NCBI GenBank assembly: GCA_001599295.1
Contig: BCGN01000005.1
Coordinates: 186,001 to 250,000, forward strand
Length of the DNA stretch: 64,000 bases
Direction of reading: 5' to 3'
DNA from: Sporopachydermia quercuum
Lineage: Eukaryota
The position numbers and the translations under genes are program-made. Positions 23,902-35,989 of this stretch are shown piece after piece. Under the pieces are notes generated by a model. That model did no database searches. It was not told the origin of the DNA and saw only the letters and a list, made by a program, of their open reading frames with translations. Position 1 is the stretch's first letter, and every line of letters begins with the position of its first letter.

Positions 23902-24232
23902 TAAATTGAATAATGGCTGGGCGTTTTAGAGTAAATGAATAAATACCGATAGTTATAGTAATGTTGTAGATAAAATAGGAACCAGACAGTGAAAAAAACA
24001 AATCTAACAGTAAAGAATAGTGAAGTCACTAACAAGGTAGAAATAGTGAATCTCTTGTTTACCATATATATACACTTAGTTTGCTATTGTTAATTATCAT
24101 GCCATTTATTAGGTGTGTATATGGTAATGTGCTATCCTCAGTTTTTATGAGGATAGAATTGCACCAAAAGCCCCTTAGTTACACTCAACAGTTAAAATTA
24201 GCTTCATAAATTCAAATTCACTTGCAAGTATC

Positions 24233-26422
24233 CTATGTCCGTTTCTGCTTTTTACCGGAATCTTCAATCGTGCTATGAAAATCCTTTTCTACGATTCTGA
24301 TATATGCACCAATACCAAAGAATATTGCCAGTAGGCAAGTGATTGATACAAAAGACATCTTAAGCATTTTCCAGGCCCATTTGATAATATGGCCATCAAA
24401 NTGTCTCAAAGTGTGGCTTCTGGGTTGCATTTTCTCAAATATGATCAAAGGCGATTCTCCTGCCACGGAGCCAACCAGTTTCCATCCTTCCTTTTGCAGT
24501 TGACTTATCTTGTTTATATGTTGATCAATATCTGATATTTTGGATAGAATCTCACTAACGGTTTTATGGCTGGACGCTGAACCAATAGGAATACTCTCAC
24601 CATATAAAGGATGCGTGTTGGTAGTATAAGTTTGATGCTGTTCAGTTAATATCAGGTATTCTTTAGGAATTCTGCTATACTTCCAAGGATAGTATTGTTG
24701 AGAACTTGAATCTATATTACCAACATGGGAATGGAGAGGAACAGAATCAGAAAGTTGAATTGATGAATACTGATTTGATGTATTTGGTTGATCCTGGGCT
24801 TTACTGATACCAGAGGCTAGTTCCGAGTTTTTTGATGTTGTGATCGAGCTATTGGTGTTGTTGGCGTAATCTAGATCTGTCTCAGTAATAGATTCAATAT
24901 CAATGGCATCCTTAGGATAATAATCATCAAACACTGGATTGAAGAAGTTGCCTGCTTCTATGGATCTTGGAGCTGGAGACATTTGACTCTTAGTCCATTC
25001 ATATGCTCTTTGAGTACGGAAATGTGATTGATCATCCATGATCTTAGTGTCTCTTACGCCTTTTAAATACTTCTCAATGCTATTCGCAAGTGGTGTACTT
25101 TCAAGATGAGAATGAACGTTAGAATAATCATTCATTTTGCTGTAGTTTGTTGTAGATTTGTGCGATTCTAGTTTTTCCTTATATCTTATTCTCAAAGCTT
25201 CTGGCATCAAATCTTCAAGTGCAGGAAAGTTCTTCTCTTTCCTGAGAATTCTATCACCAGTATCCATAACTCTATCCCTAGTTGAATATTTAGGCAATGC
25301 AAAAATAGGTGTCTCTTTATACCTTTTCAGCCTATCAGGTATTTCACCTTCAACGTAACTAAGTAAGCTTTCGTACATTTCAGATGCGTCTTTAGCAGTT
25401 TTATTTTTATATGGTGAGTTCATATTTGAAGCAGTAGAAGCACGATCAACAGCCTTGTTGGTTGAAGACTTGTAAATATTATCACTTGTTATATTNTTTG
25501 AAAGCTGATTTGCATAGGTTATAAATTTGGAGTCTCTAGAACTTTCTCCAGAAGCCGAGAGACTATTATTACTGCTATCTTTTTGAACGCTCTGGGTCTT
25601 CGCTGCTATATGAGAGAATGATTTTATTGGGTCAAAATAAGACTCTGTTGCCTTTTCTGTATCATTAGCGACAAATATAAACTTAGGAGCTGATTTTGAG
25701 TCAGATCCAGCTTTGACTGGTTCAGTTTGGTCTTTCAATTTCGGGATCAAATTGAAACTTGCTTGCTTATTTGGTGATCCTGAGCTCGAGCTCTTTTTCT
25801 CCTTATAAAATCTGTCAAAAGGACTAATTTGAGCTTTTTTATTTGCATTTCCTTTTTCTGAATTGGTGTTATTTTTCAGCTGTACCATGAATGTTTCATT
25901 TTTCCCTGTTGAATTGGATTCCTTTTTCTTTGTTTGAGTATCTGGTGCTATTCTTGACCTTTGATGCATATTATGGGTTTCTATACTTCCTTTGAAACGT
26001 GTGTCAGTATAAGTATTACTATTAGAATCGATAGTGGTATTAGTAATTATATTTGGCTTTTTCTCTGTGAACTCCTTAGGTTGAATGTTATTTGGGGATA
26101 TTTTTCTTCTCGTTTTCTTGCTCGAACTATTCAAACAATTCTTTCTAAAGTCTGATGTTGAAGTTGTTGAGAAAGTTCTTATATTCTGAGATTTTTGTTT
26201 GATAATTTGATGATTTTGTTTAATCTTTCTCCTTTGGAAAAAATGGCTTTCATTTCCTTGTTCTTCCAAAGTACCAGGCCAAGGGCTAGTTGTGAACAAG
26301 CAAGTATTAGCAGTGCCTCTCATAAAATATCTATAATGGTTCCATCTCTGACAATTGGATGTTCTATTCAATTTCTTCGCCCAATATCTTCTGGCCAAGA
26401 AATTACTGTAAGATATCCTCAT
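24233..26422 (-). CDS. Uncharacterised 729-aa protein with a mitochondrial-presequence-like N-terminus and one C-terminal TM helix
   Basis: Long intact ORF; Arg-rich, acid-free N-terminus; S/N/K low-complexity middle; LQKEGWKLVG..LIIFEK followed by a hydrophobic span. Confidence 0.7.
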   Translation of the reverse strand: MRISYSNFLARRYWAKKLNRTSNCQRWNHYRYFMRGTANTCLFTTSPWPGTLEEQGNESHFFQRRKIKQNHQIIKQKSQNIRTFSTTSTSDFRKNCLNSSSKKTRRKISPNNIQPKEFTEKKPNIITNTTIDSNSNTYTDTRFKGSIETHNMHQRSRIAPDTQTKKKESNSTGKNETFMVQLKNNTNSEKGNANKKAQISPFDRFYKEKKSSSSGSPNKQASFNLIPKLKDQTEPVKAGSDSKSAPKFIFVANDTEKATESYFDPIKSFSHIAAKTQSVQKDSSNNSLSASGESSRDSKFITYANQLSXNITSDNIYKSSTNKAVDRASTASNMNSPYKNKTAKDASEMYESLLSYVEGEIPDRLKRYKETPIFALPKYSTRDRVMDTGDRILRKEKNFPALEDLMPEALRIRYKEKLESHKSTTNYSKMNDYSNVHSHLESTPLANSIEKYLKGVRDTKIMDDQSHFRTQRAYEWTKSQMSPAPRSIEAGNFFNPVFDDYYPKDAIDIESITETDLDYANNTNSSITTSKNSELASGISKAQDQPNTSNQYSSIQLSDSVPLHSHVGNIDSSSQQYYPWKYSRIPKEYLILTEQHQTYTTNTHPLYGESIPIGSASSHKTVSEILSKISDIDQHINKISQLQKEGWKLVGSVAGESPLIIFEKMQPRSHTLRXFDGHIIKWAWKMLKMSFVSITCLLAIFFGIGAYIRIVEKDFHSTIEDSGKKQKRT

Positions 26423-27495
26423 TCTTATAGGGAGCTTATTACAGCTGCTTCAGGTCAACTGATGAGAGAGTTTGCTAATTGAACAGTATTTATAGAAACA
26501 TAAGAATATGGGCAACTGTTTATTTATAGGGATACTTTCATCAGCTTTCTTAATCATCTAAAAGTGCTAAATAAACAATATCCAGTTATTTTTTTCTCAA
26601 CTTGATGCAATTATCAGCTATCGTCGATAAGTATTAATCCATCTATTATGTCCCTGATTCACTTTGAGTTGCATAAATCTTAAGGTTCTCCAGTTTTTGG
26701 CAGTGACAAACAGAGGATCCTTTGAATCATCTAGCAAACCTTCACAGTCTATAACAAATAAGTATCAGTTTCTGAAGTTCAATTCCCATAATAATTATTC
26801 AACTGATAAGAAGGAATCGGTTCATCCTGCGATTGATTCACCTGATATAAGCACAGATGGAACGACAAGAATTCGTTTAGGTTACGTAATCAATTAATCA
26901 TATAAACTCCCTTATGAACTTCAGGTCTCACTATGTTAATAGTAGTTGAGATGAGATAAGCATTTACATATCTCCGTAAACAAGAAAGAAAGGAAGAGAT
27001 GAATCAACTGTTTTGTCTTCCTTAGAAAATTATAGTATAATATTTTTTTTTGTTGTTAATACTAGGTGAGTATTTAGAGAACTGTCTGTTTACTTATACT
27101 ATTTTGATTGTATGTGTGGCTATGTTATTTGAAGAGTCTTCTTGTGAAATAGGATAAGAAGCAAAATGTTCATAATCGAGTAGATGGATTGCTCAAGCTA
27201 ATAATCTGTAGATAAATAGTTGATGTTTTTTTGCTACAAGTACTACTATAGACATGATTTTGAATTATAAGTTTGAATGTTCTAACTATTACAACTAATG
27301 TTTGCCCTTCAATTGAAGTTGTTGAATATCAAGCTATGGAATAACCTGCAAGCCAAACTATGTCATAGCTATGGTTGCACCAATATAATAACACATCAGC
27401 ACAATACTGATTAATCGCACTGAAAACATATTCAATGAAATATATCTTCTCATATTCTTAGAAACTACTATAATTTCTTCCCAGCCATAATATAC

Positions 27496-28101
27496 TCACC
27501 ATGTAAGCTTCAGAGAAACACCTCTTCTTCGGAATCTTCCTAACAGTGGCCTTCGATTCCATAAGCTAAGCAACCTTTTCATCACACGATTGTCTAAAAT
27601 GGAACTAACGGCAACTGTGAATTTATATAAATCCTTAACCATTCGACGACCTGTTGTTGAACCTGTACGCGATAGGAACTCAATATCCGATGCAACTGAC
27701 CTAGTTTCCCGTCGAAAATGTCTACGTGATTTTGATCGTCGCAACATTAACCAACTTCTTCTTCTTCTTCTTCTTCTTCTTATTGGTTGAGCCATCTGTC
27801 TTTGAATGTCTGTTCTTTTTGATGCTTTGTATACCAAAACTTTCCTCCTATGACTTCTGGGTAGAATTGAAAGCAAATGTGAGCGAGTACGTGAATGCAC
27901 GTAGTAGTTTTTGCTGACAGTAGAAGTTCCTGAGAGCCTGTGAATCAATGACTTACATTGCTGGACTGCAACAATAGTAAAACTACCGTCTGTTCTCAGA
28001 TCCCGAGAAGAACTGGATAAAGGTGAAATTCTCTTTAGCTTATGAGCAGCACACCTCAGTAATACAGAACGTGATCTTCTTGGTATTGGGTATGCTTCCA
28101 T
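27496..28101 (-). CDS. Putative Arg/Ser-rich basic orphan protein (about 201 aa)
   Basis: Only open frame over about 600 bp; ATG at 28101; R8 tract; no family recognised; ends on a possible GTGAGT donor. Confidence 0.4.
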   Translation of the reverse strand: MEAYPIPRRSRSVLLRCAAHKLKRISPLSSSSRDLRTDGSFTIVAVQQCKSLIHRLSGTSTVSKNYYVHSRTRSHLLSILPRSHRRKVLVYKASKRTDIQRQMAQPIRRRRRRRRSWLMLRRSKSRRHFRRETRSVASDIEFLSRTGSTTGRRMVKDLYKFTVAVSSILDNRVMKRLLSLWNRRPLLGRFRRRGVSLKLTW

Positions 28102-28812
28102 TACCTTATCATTTAATTCTAAATTGTGATTCAAGTATTGCCATACTTTGTTTGTAGGTCACTAATAATTCTAGCTATAGTTATGATTGCTTTTACTGAT
28201 ACTAATTTTGATCGCACTTTTTTGTTTTCTTTTATTCCTATTTTATTTGTATCTACTGAAAAACCAAGTAGATCACTGCTATACGAGATCGATTATTGAT
28301 ATCTAAGACAAGATACTTATATATGCATTATAAGTAAGTTTCTATTTTATATGAATAATAAAATTCAGTGTTAGAGAACTATGCAATGGTTCTTTAAAAC
28401 CACCTGTTAGTAACCTATTGTGTATGGACAGAGGAGCAAACAAATAAAAACCAGAATGGTAATTGTGGCAGGTGGAATTTAGAGGGTGAAAGAACCAAAA
28501 TGAATTGATTTCAATAATAATCGTCAATCAAGAATAAACGAAGTAGTAATGTTATTGTTAATAATTATTTTATAGCTTGTTATTATTATAAATAGCAGCA
28601 ACATGATTGTTGTGATTGATGTTGGAAGATCTAGTAAAATGTGTAATTTGTAATAATAGAGCTGAAAGATGATGGTAGACGTATTGTATTGTATTGATAC
28701 TATTAACATGGTGATGATTATGGATTCCTATTGAGTGAGATGAAAGCAAGTACGTAAGCGTAAAGAGTGAATATTGAAATAATACAGACAGGAATCATGA
28801 TAAATGCTGAAA

Positions 28813-30207
28813 TTAGGCCCTCAGTTCACCATAGGAGTTTATCTGAATCCTTTTATCTTGACCTCCACTGACAATACCAATGTCTTTATGCCACTTAACA
28901 TCGAATACCTTTGATTGGTCACTCTTTGCAGGTGTATCTTCTCTCTTGATAGTATACAAAGTACTAAGAGTACGTATATCCCATAATTTAACCGTTCCAT
29001 CGTGAGAAGCAGATGCCAGTTCGTATTGGTTATTAGGACTTGGAGACAGACTTACAACAAAGTTTTTATGACCCACTAATTGTCCTACAGTGATTTTGTC
29101 CGTACCAGATTCCCCACCTCTTGGATCATGAAGCAAAATATGTCTTGCTGAAGATCCCGCCGCTAACAGACTTAATTCTTTCAATCCACACACTGATAAA
29201 AGAGAAAAACCAGTTGATTTGGTATCAACACACCTGCTTGTGACCAAATCCCATGTCTTAATGGAATGATCCTCTGAGACAGAATAAGCTACTGTTGCAT
29301 CTAGTGGATTGAAGATGACTTGACTCACTGGTGCAGTGTGAGATTCAAGTGTCGATAAGGGAGATTTGAAATTAACAGAACTGTCAGTTTTCAAGGCAAC
29401 CTTTCTTCTTTTCTGGGTTGAAGTTGAATTTGATGCCGCCAGTTTTGCTTGAGGGATAACTGTGGACATTTGCTTAGGAACAGTTGACCAAATACATATA
29501 TTCTTATCACCAGAGGATGATAGAATTCTTTGAGTTTTCTGATGAACATCAATGGATGTGATAGAGGACTTATGGGCTTCTAAAATTGCTAATGTTGTTG
29601 ATAGTACTCTACCAGTTGATTCGTCAATATTTCCTTCTTCTATATCCATATCTTCCTTAGAGCTCCCTATTTTCCATATCCTGAGTTGTCTATCGTTACT
29701 GCCAGATACAACTCTAGAGTCTGAAATAAATTTCACTGCTTTCACAGGTGCCGTGTGACCAACTAATGACAACTGAGGCTTTCCACTCAAATCCCAAGTT
29801 CTCACTATTCCATCATAAGATCCTGATAGTATTTTACCTCTACTAGAAGTCTCGTAATGAATGTCAATACTACTGACCCAATCATCATTTTCAAAACTAG
29901 CTAAGAAAGATGGAGGTAAAACAGATTTGACATATTCGATTGTCAAGAAGATTTCGGAACTCAATCCTTTCTCTACGAGATAATCCTGAATAGAAGCTTT
30001 CAACAGTTCACCATCAACTAAGAACTCAAATGGAATTGGTTTCTTATCAACTTCATCATTCCCAAGCAAATGATTCACAACTTCTGACAAGCCATATCTT
30101 TTGAATGAAACAGGAACAAACAAAGGAGCATCACCAACTTGAACATTAGGATCAGTTTCCCTGGTGGTAAACTTGATCTTAATGTTATTTTCTTTCTCTC
30201 CCGGCAT
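28813..30207 (-). CDS. YTM1: Ribosome biogenesis protein Ytm1/WDR12
   Basis: NLE domain (KRYGLSEVVNHLL..PFEFLVDG) plus WD40 repeats (DWVSSI, SGSYDG, DHSIKTWD, GSSARHILLHDPR). Confidence 0.96.
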   Translation of the reverse strand: MPGEKENNIKIKFTTRETDPNVQVGDAPLFVPVSFKRYGLSEVVNHLLGNDEVDKKPIPFEFLVDGELLKASIQDYLVEKGLSSEIFLTIEYVKSVLPPSFLASFENDDWVSSIDIHYETSSRGKILSGSYDGIVRTWDLSGKPQLSLVGHTAPVKAVKFISDSRVVSGSNDRQLRIWKIGSSKEDMDIEEGNIDESTGRVLSTTLAILEAHKSSITSIDVHQKTQRILSSSGDKNICIWSTVPKQMSTVIPQAKLAASNSTSTQKRRKVALKTDSSVNFKSPLSTLESHTAPVSQVIFNPLDATVAYSVSEDHSIKTWDLVTSRCVDTKSTGFSLLSVCGLKELSLLAAGSSARHILLHDPRGGESGTDKITVGQLVGHKNFVVSLSPSPNNQYELASASHDGTVKLWDIRTLSTLYTIKREDTPAKSDQSKVFDVKWHKDIGIVSGGQDKRIQINSYGELRA

Positions 30208-30913
30208 ACTGAATATCTAGTTGATTTTAACCTTAAGCTACTGTAAGCAGTTCTGATCTCAATAGGTTATATGAGAAACAACATAGACGCTTTCAATTGT
30301 TCAAATATTTGATAGAACAGCTATTATGACCCATTTATTTCTACTACTTCTCTTACAATACAAATTTTTTTGTTCGAAGAGAACGAAAAATTACGTCCCA
30401 CAAATGTCCATAATCTTGAAGTACGAAATATGAAAGTGAAATATTAAGGGACGGCGAAATGTCCGATAACTGATTATATGGAAAACTCATATGGAGAAGG
30501 AGAATAACTACAAAAAGAGCACGGATGATCCCTATAACTATTTATAAAAGTCAGCTAACCTGATACTTGAGAAGTACTCTAGATGGAATCTTCTATCGGA
30601 AAATATGAGGAATAGTACTAAAAATATGTGTATCTTTAGTGTCTTCTATGGCTTATGGCATTTCCACATGCAAATTCCTGCTTATGGCTATAAGATGATA
30701 TCTTTGTGATGAGACTTCATGTTCGACATTTCAAAAATTGACTGTCAAATAGAAAAAAGAATGAAAAAGAGTGAAATAATGAAGTCCGTTGTTGGGATTT
30801 AGTCTTTTATTCGTACATAAAGAAGAAAACATCACTAGAATTCGAATCTTCTTGCACTTGAACGTATTAGAGTCCTATAATCACCACTAACCCAAGAGTG
30901 AGCCATCATCACA

Positions 30914-32350
30914 ATGGGCATTCAAGTACCGTTCGTTGTTTCCTCACCGGGAAAGGTGATCGTATTCGGGGAGCACGCAGTAGTATATGGAAAGGTAGGC
31001 TAAAAGCAATTGACTCGTAAACAAAGTCATCCTAGAATAGAACTTTTATTATAAACAGAGTATCAATGTACTAACTGATAGACAAATTAGCCGGCAATTG
31101 CTGCGTCATTATCTCAGAGGACATATTTACTGGTGACGGAAAATAAAGAAGATCCTTCAAGTTTAAAACTTGATTTCCCCGATATCGATTTTTCATTCTC
31201 TTGGAAAATAGCATCATTGCCTTGGAAAGAAGTAGAAGACCATAAAATACTGCCAGAATCAATCACGTTTAACTCAAACTTATCAATGGAGTTTGTGAAC
31301 GCGTTGCTCAGCAAACCATTAGCATCGGTATCTCAGAATTTTCAGCATGGTGCTGCTTATGCTTTCCTGGCACTATACATGAACTTCACCAACGAAGATA
31401 CCCCAGGTTACGTGTTTTCTGTTAAATCAAGTTTACCTATTGGTGCAGGGTTAGGCTCAAGTGCCACATTTGCTGTATCATTAGCTGCGGCAATGGGACT
31501 GTTGGGTGGATACGTATCGCTTCCCTCAGAAATTGGCGATGATGAAGTCCAACGTAATTTGGATTTGGATTTTATTGATAAATGGTCCTTTATAGGGGAA
31601 AAGTGTCTTCATGGAACACCTTCAGGTATTGACAATGCTGTAGCAACAAGAGGAGGTGCTGTTATGTTTCAGAGGAATGTCAACTCTGAAAAAGATTCAA
31701 GCAATCCAAGTGTTCGAGTAGCCATAAAACAGTTTCCACCTTTGAATTTTCTGTTAACAAACACCAAGCAAGCAAGAAGAACTGCTCACTTAGTTGGTTC
31801 TGTTGCTGAGTTGAAAGCTTCTCTTCCGGAAACAACGAAAACCTTGCTTGATGCTATTGAACAAACAACGAAGTCTGCTTATGAAATCATGCTGAGATCT
31901 CCTGTAAGCTTAAATGCTGAATCACACAGTCAACTTTTAGATCTTATAAGGATCAATCATGGCCTTTTAGTCTCTTTGGGAGTGTCACATCCTGTGTTGG
32001 AAAGAGTGAAAAGCATTGGTGATAAACTGAAGATTGGTGAAACCAAACTAACCGGTGCTGGAGGAGGTGGCTGTGCTATTACACTGTTAGCTCATAATCA
32101 CGAAGTAAACGAAGTGATGTACAAAGAGAAAAAGCTTTTCGAAGAAAACTTGCAAAGAATGATAGACAATATAAAACAAGAAGGGTTTGAGTCTTTTACA
32201 ACCGTCTTAGGAGGAAAAGGTGCCGGTGTTCATTTACCATCAGGCACTAAGAAAGAATCGTTCATTGACACTTTTAATAATTTGCATAACAGCGAGGAAA
32301 TAGAGGAAGCATTGGGAACAAAGATAGTTGACTGGGATTTTTGGAGTTGA
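30914..32350 (+). CDS. ERG12: Mevalonate kinase; intron 30995-31090
   Basis: SPGKVIVFGEHAVVYGK|PAIA, LPIGAGLGSSA, HGTPSGIDN, KLTGAGGGGC. Confidence 0.97.
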
Positions 32351-32650
32351 TGAAGAAGTTTTGTTTTCATTAAAAGAAATTCAGGGAATTATTTTACCCA
32401 ATAACCGTTCCATCATGAGCATTTACTTACATATTTCAAATATTTACTACACTATTCACAGAGTAAATCCCATGACTGCTACCATAATTTGGCTTCTTAA
32501 TAAACAGTTCAGGCATATAGCCATAGCCATTGATCTTTAACCATTTATATCTACAGTAATAGAAAACGATACACTCTAACGAATACATTGCATACCAGCA
32601 CACATCATATTACGACAGATATTAATTATTAATGAAGTAAGTAAGCTTAT

Positions 32651-33740
32651 TTACATGCCTCTATTGAACTCAACAACCTTCACATCATTACCATCCAAAT
32701 CTTTGAAACCCTTAAATCTATCCTCCAATTTATCTACAGAAATCTCCTGTCTTTGAGGAAACACTGCCAATGCAAATGGCAAAACTAAGAAACTTGTACC
32801 TAGAATCAAACCGAGATTGACTACTGTTTCAGCCATTTTACCTCTACCTTTGAGAACTGTTTTTTGTAGTCGTACTAATGCCAAAGCAGGCAAAACCATA
32901 ATGGGACTGGCATTGATAACTCTTGATAAAGCAGTTTCACCAACTGCATACCAAGCAGCAACTTGCGAATTGCCCAAATCAACACCACTCTTGCTATATA
33001 CAGAAATACCTTTGAATAGCTCTTCGCTTCTCATCAAGCCAACATTCACAACACCAGCAGACACAACAGCTGCAAACGGGATAAGTCTAGTTAGAATAGT
33101 TTTAGTAGCAGGTCTTAAACCTTTCAATCTGGGCACTAAAGAATTCAGTCCTAGAGCAACAGAACAAGAAGCTGTGACTGCCAGAGAATAAGATGTAACT
33201 AACTGTTTAGTGGTTAAAGGATGCGACTTATTGGCATTTGCAGTATTTACTGCAACATTTAATGATTGATTTGCAATTTGCCAAAATAATGTTCCAGCAT
33301 GGCCTAGACCGGGTGTCAGCATTCCAGCTGTTACAACTAAATTTGATAAAACAAAACTTGACATTCTTAAAGGTCTGAAGATAGATTCTCCAGTGTCAGG
33401 ATGAATACTTGAATCAAGAACTTTCTTTGCTTGCCATAACTGAGAGGTCATTTGTTTCAACTCCCCGTTTTTATACTTGGAAATCAGTTCCTTTGCTGAA
33501 CTGATATCTTTTTCAGAGCATAATAACATTCTATACAACTGTTAGTATCGTAGTCTTGTACTACTGCTTCATGCACCACAGAAGCACCTTGATTGATTGA
33601 TATAGTATCTTTCAGTTTCTACTGAATCTCACATACCTTGGGTCTGATACTTCTGCACAGTGTTTCACTCTTCCCCAGTATGTGTTTAGATCATATTTTG
33701 AAGCTGGAAGAGGAATAGGTCCAGGAATAGCAGAAGCCAT
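32651..33740 (-). CDS. FSF1: Sideroflexin; intron 33531-33636
   Basis: MASAIPGPI..KYDLNTYWGRVKHCAEVSDPRML, HPDTGE, WQIANQSLN, C-terminal FNRGM. Confidence 0.95.
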
Positions 33741-34334
33741 TTTCGAAGGCTTTGAAATCAACTGTTTAGATGGATAAATGAAACCAAGTAAACGTTTAAC
33801 TGGTTGCTTATGACCCCTTAAGCTCTATAATACAAAAGATGTAGGAAGAAGATCGTTTAATAAGCAAGTAAAATAGAATAGCAGAAACGCTGGAAAGATC
33901 AAATAGCAAGAAAAGTCCGTAAAGCATCAATACTATAAGTTCATTGATGTTCTCTCTTCTACTCGATAACTCAATGTTGAAAAATGGTTAAAATTATTCA
34001 CTGTCCGGAAGGACAATAAGAAAACCGTAGACAAGATTGGACAAGAGAGGTCTCAGACTGTAGATGGTTATGATTGAGCAATACGTAATATAGAATGGAT
34101 TGATACTCAAAATATATATTTTTATAAATATTTATATTTTTCACTTAATATCAGAGTTTATAGAAGTCCTTTATTTTTGCAGTAAGCTGATCATGAGGGT
34201 ATAGAAGGGGGATATGACGGTAGGAGCACTAATTAATAGTTTGTCCGCATTGTTTCGTGGTGCGCTAACAGGTATTTTGGGTTCAGCCTTATAACGAGAA
34301 AAGAACCCTGTCCCAGATTTGACTGCGGCAGAAG

Positions 34335-34344
34335 CATGTGAAAA
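34335..34344 (+). promoter_or_regulatory. ICRE/UAS-INO-like bHLH site
   Basis: CATGTGAAAA about 300 bp upstream of PPT2; CACGTG E-box at 34380. Confidence 0.35.
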
Positions 34345-34638
34345 TATTTGGTGGAGAGACATGATAAACAGCGTTCAGCCACGTGATCTAAAACGGGAAA
34401 AGAAAAAGTTAATACCCCAGAGTGGACAGTTTTGAGAAGATCTTATGGATAACTGGGGAAATCAAATATGGAAACAAAAACTAATGACTGTTGTTTAGCT
34501 TCTTAGATTATACTGATCGTTTCGGAGCTTTCAGTCATAATATTAATGTTTGGACTAAAATCACTTGGTAGACTTATAAGATCTATGTAGAATAAATCAG
34601 AAGACAGTTGGCAACAATCGTAGAACAGACTATCAACA

Positions 34639-35285
34639 ATGACGAAAGGTGTAGGAGTGGTTATTGGATTTGGGCTTGATATTGCTAAACTGTCTAGATT
34701 TCATAGTATCTTGAAAAAGTATTCAAATGGTAATGGTCATAAGTCACTTGAAACTTCTGTTTATGTCAAACGATTTTCCGAAAGAATACTACATCCTACA
34801 TATGAGTTACCAAAATTCAATAGACTGATAGAGGAACATAAGGGGCAAGGCGATTATGACTCAGCTATAGAAAGCTGTAGTAAGTTTCTTGCTGGAAGGT
34901 ATGATTAATGTTTATGGAAAATCATTAGTTTCTATCTGCTAGAATCATATTATTAACATTCAATTAAAGCTGGGCATCAAAAGAGGCTCTTTTCAAAACG
35001 TTGAGTCCGAAAGAGCAGCAAAAATTTGTTTTCAAAGATTGGTATAAAGAGAATGATCCAAGTGGTAAGTCAATTGATTTTCTTTTCGGAGGAACAGAAG
35101 CACTTTTTTCACACTGATTGGATTATTAACAGTAAATATTAAATCAAGGCTCACCAAGAGTTCTATCAAACCTCTATGCTACTAAGTATCCTAAGGAAAA
35201 GTTCTTGTTATCAATATCTCACGATGCCGATTTAATTGTTGCTGGTGTTATAAGGACTCTACAAATTAACACACCGAAGAATTGA
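34639..35285 (+). CDS. PPT2: Mitochondrial holo-ACP synthase (AcpS-type PPTase); introns 34899-34969, 35065-35148
   Basis: GFGLDI, RILHPTYE, FLAGSWASKEALFKT, SGSP, LSISHD after removing two AAG-ending introns. Confidence 0.88.
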
Positions 35286-35989
35286 TAGGTGGGAAGGAAA
35301 AAATCAATAATCTTTACAACAAAAAAAAAAAAAGAACAATTGCATGTATTATAAAACTCGAATGACCTGTTTTTTATTATCAACTATGAACACTTATAAA
35401 TATATACTAATAGATATATCTATCCTTCCAGTGCACTATCCATAACAATACAGAGCACACATTATAGATTTTTCAGTCGTTATAGTCATACATTAGTAGA
35501 AATTATTACACAACACCTCTTGAGCATTGGAAGTCCTGTACTAACCAAACCATTACAGATTTTTTATTTACCCTATTTATCTACTTTATAATATGTATAT
35601 ATATATCTCATCCAATACCAGTTAAGCCCAATCCTTCATTCATATTCATCGTTCATCAGTTTCATAAGTACCCCAGATTGTCCCATTACATCCCAAAATG
35701 TAAATACTTGGACATGTCCCATATCAGGGGTCAACGAAGGTCGCTGTTCTAACTGCCCCAAGTCCAAGAGCGAAAGCGATTGTGAAAAACTCTCACCGAA
35801 ATGAAATGATAAGTGTTCTGCTATTACTTTTCTTCTATTTAATCAACAATACATTATGTATTAGAGAACGGATATAACCATCAAGCAAAAAAAGGTATAT
35901 AAGCTAGTATTCTTGTTGATATTTGTAGATAACATATCTGCTTAGAAACATTACCTGAAACATAGATCAAAAGTTAGCAAATAGCCAAG

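Noticed and set aside
27043..27071. Poly-T..TAG|GTGAGT resembling a recursive splice site
   Set aside because: No upstream donor, branch point or host gene on the + strand
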